Shown: piece after piece, positions 63,487 to 64,000 of the stretch | Numbering within the stretch: position 1 is the stretch's first letter | How the letters are laid out: every line of letters starts with the position of its first letter | DNA from: a virus | Taxonomy: Duplodnaviria > Caudoviricetes | Direction: 5' to 3' (one strand) | Virus record (IMG/VR): IMGVR_UViG_645948499_000001 | Location: 10,902-74,901 of that record | Length of the DNA stretch: 64,000 bases | Notes under the pieces: model-generated | What the model saw: only the letters and a program-made list of their open reading frames with translations | What the model was told of the DNA's origin: nothing | The model's database searches: none | Position numbers and translations under genes: made by a program

Positions 63487-63756
63487 ATGATCGCTGCATT
63501 CAACGCCTTCTTCGCTTTCTTCGCTGCTCTGTTCCGTGGCGCTACCAACCTTGCCGAGGCTGCTGAGAACATGTCTCGCTATGCCAAGGATGAATCCGAG
63601 TTCTTCAACGAGAATGCTGAAGCTTCCCGTGACCGTCGTCGTGTCGAGTCTCGTGCTGCTCATGCTCAACTGGTCCGTGACCTGGGTATCTCCGAAGACA
63701 TCGCCGAGATCCAATCCGAACGTCGTACCAAGCGTGCTACTGGTGCCAAGTCCTAA
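63487..63756 (+). CDS. hypothetical early-type protein, possibly within the terminal repeat
   Basis: GGAG RBS; strongly biased codons unlike the array; amphipathic N-terminus. Confidence 0.75.
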   Translation: MIAAFNAFFAFFAALFRGATNLAEAAENMSRYAKDESEFFNENAEASRDRRRVESRAAHAQLVRDLGISEDIAEIQSERRTKRATGAKS

Positions 63757-63775
63757 CTCTCTATCCATCCTCTGC

Positions 63776-63809
63776 CTCACTCCTTCATTGGAGTGGGGCT
63801 TACCTTTTC
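63776..63809 (+). terminator. possible terminator
   Basis: CCTCACTCC-TTCATT-GGAGTGGGG then CTTACCTTTT. Confidence 0.45.
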
Positions 63810-64000
63810 AAGCACACATAAGATCAATAGCACACAAAGAGCACACATCTACTCCCTTCTTCCTGCTACTCCTCTGCGTCTCCTTCTTCTCCCTTTGGAC
63901 AGTTGGGTGTGGGAAGTAACCTTTCCCTCTTCTTACCTCTTCTTACTCATCCTGATACTCCTTATAGAGAGGATAGTGGGAGAGTTTGGGGACTGTGTAC

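Overview
This window is about 64 kb of an N4-like podovirus genome (Schitoviridae). Gene order and content most resemble the LUZ7/LIT1-type Pseudomonas phages; that assignment is an inference. The + strand carries middle and replication genes: two AAA+ ATPases, a VWA/metallopeptidase, helicase, family A DNA polymerase, dCMP deaminase, rIIA/rIIB, a Cas4-like nuclease, primase, a Sak4-like ATPase, SSB and a RuvC-like resolvase. The - strand carries late genes: lysis, a tail fibre with an SGNH esterase domain, the 3403-aa virion RNA polymerase, ejection proteins, capsid, portal and terminase. The main unexplained signal is at 57797-63284: a head-to-tail array of 28 small paralogous ORFs (about 57-80 aa). 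They share a K-x-x-K-E motif (exact in 26 of 28) and usually a C-terminal Trp helix. Many are joined by overlapping ATGA stop/start junctions, part of the array has exact 194/191-bp periodicity, and one copy has an in-frame stop. Other notable items are a densely structured ~370-nt intergenic region (31737-32105, candidate ncRNA), a nested-palindrome origin-like region with an N4 vRNAP-type hairpin (24090-24400), and a ClpX-like ATPase lacking the ClpP-docking loop. All calls are from reading motifs by eye; no database searches were run.
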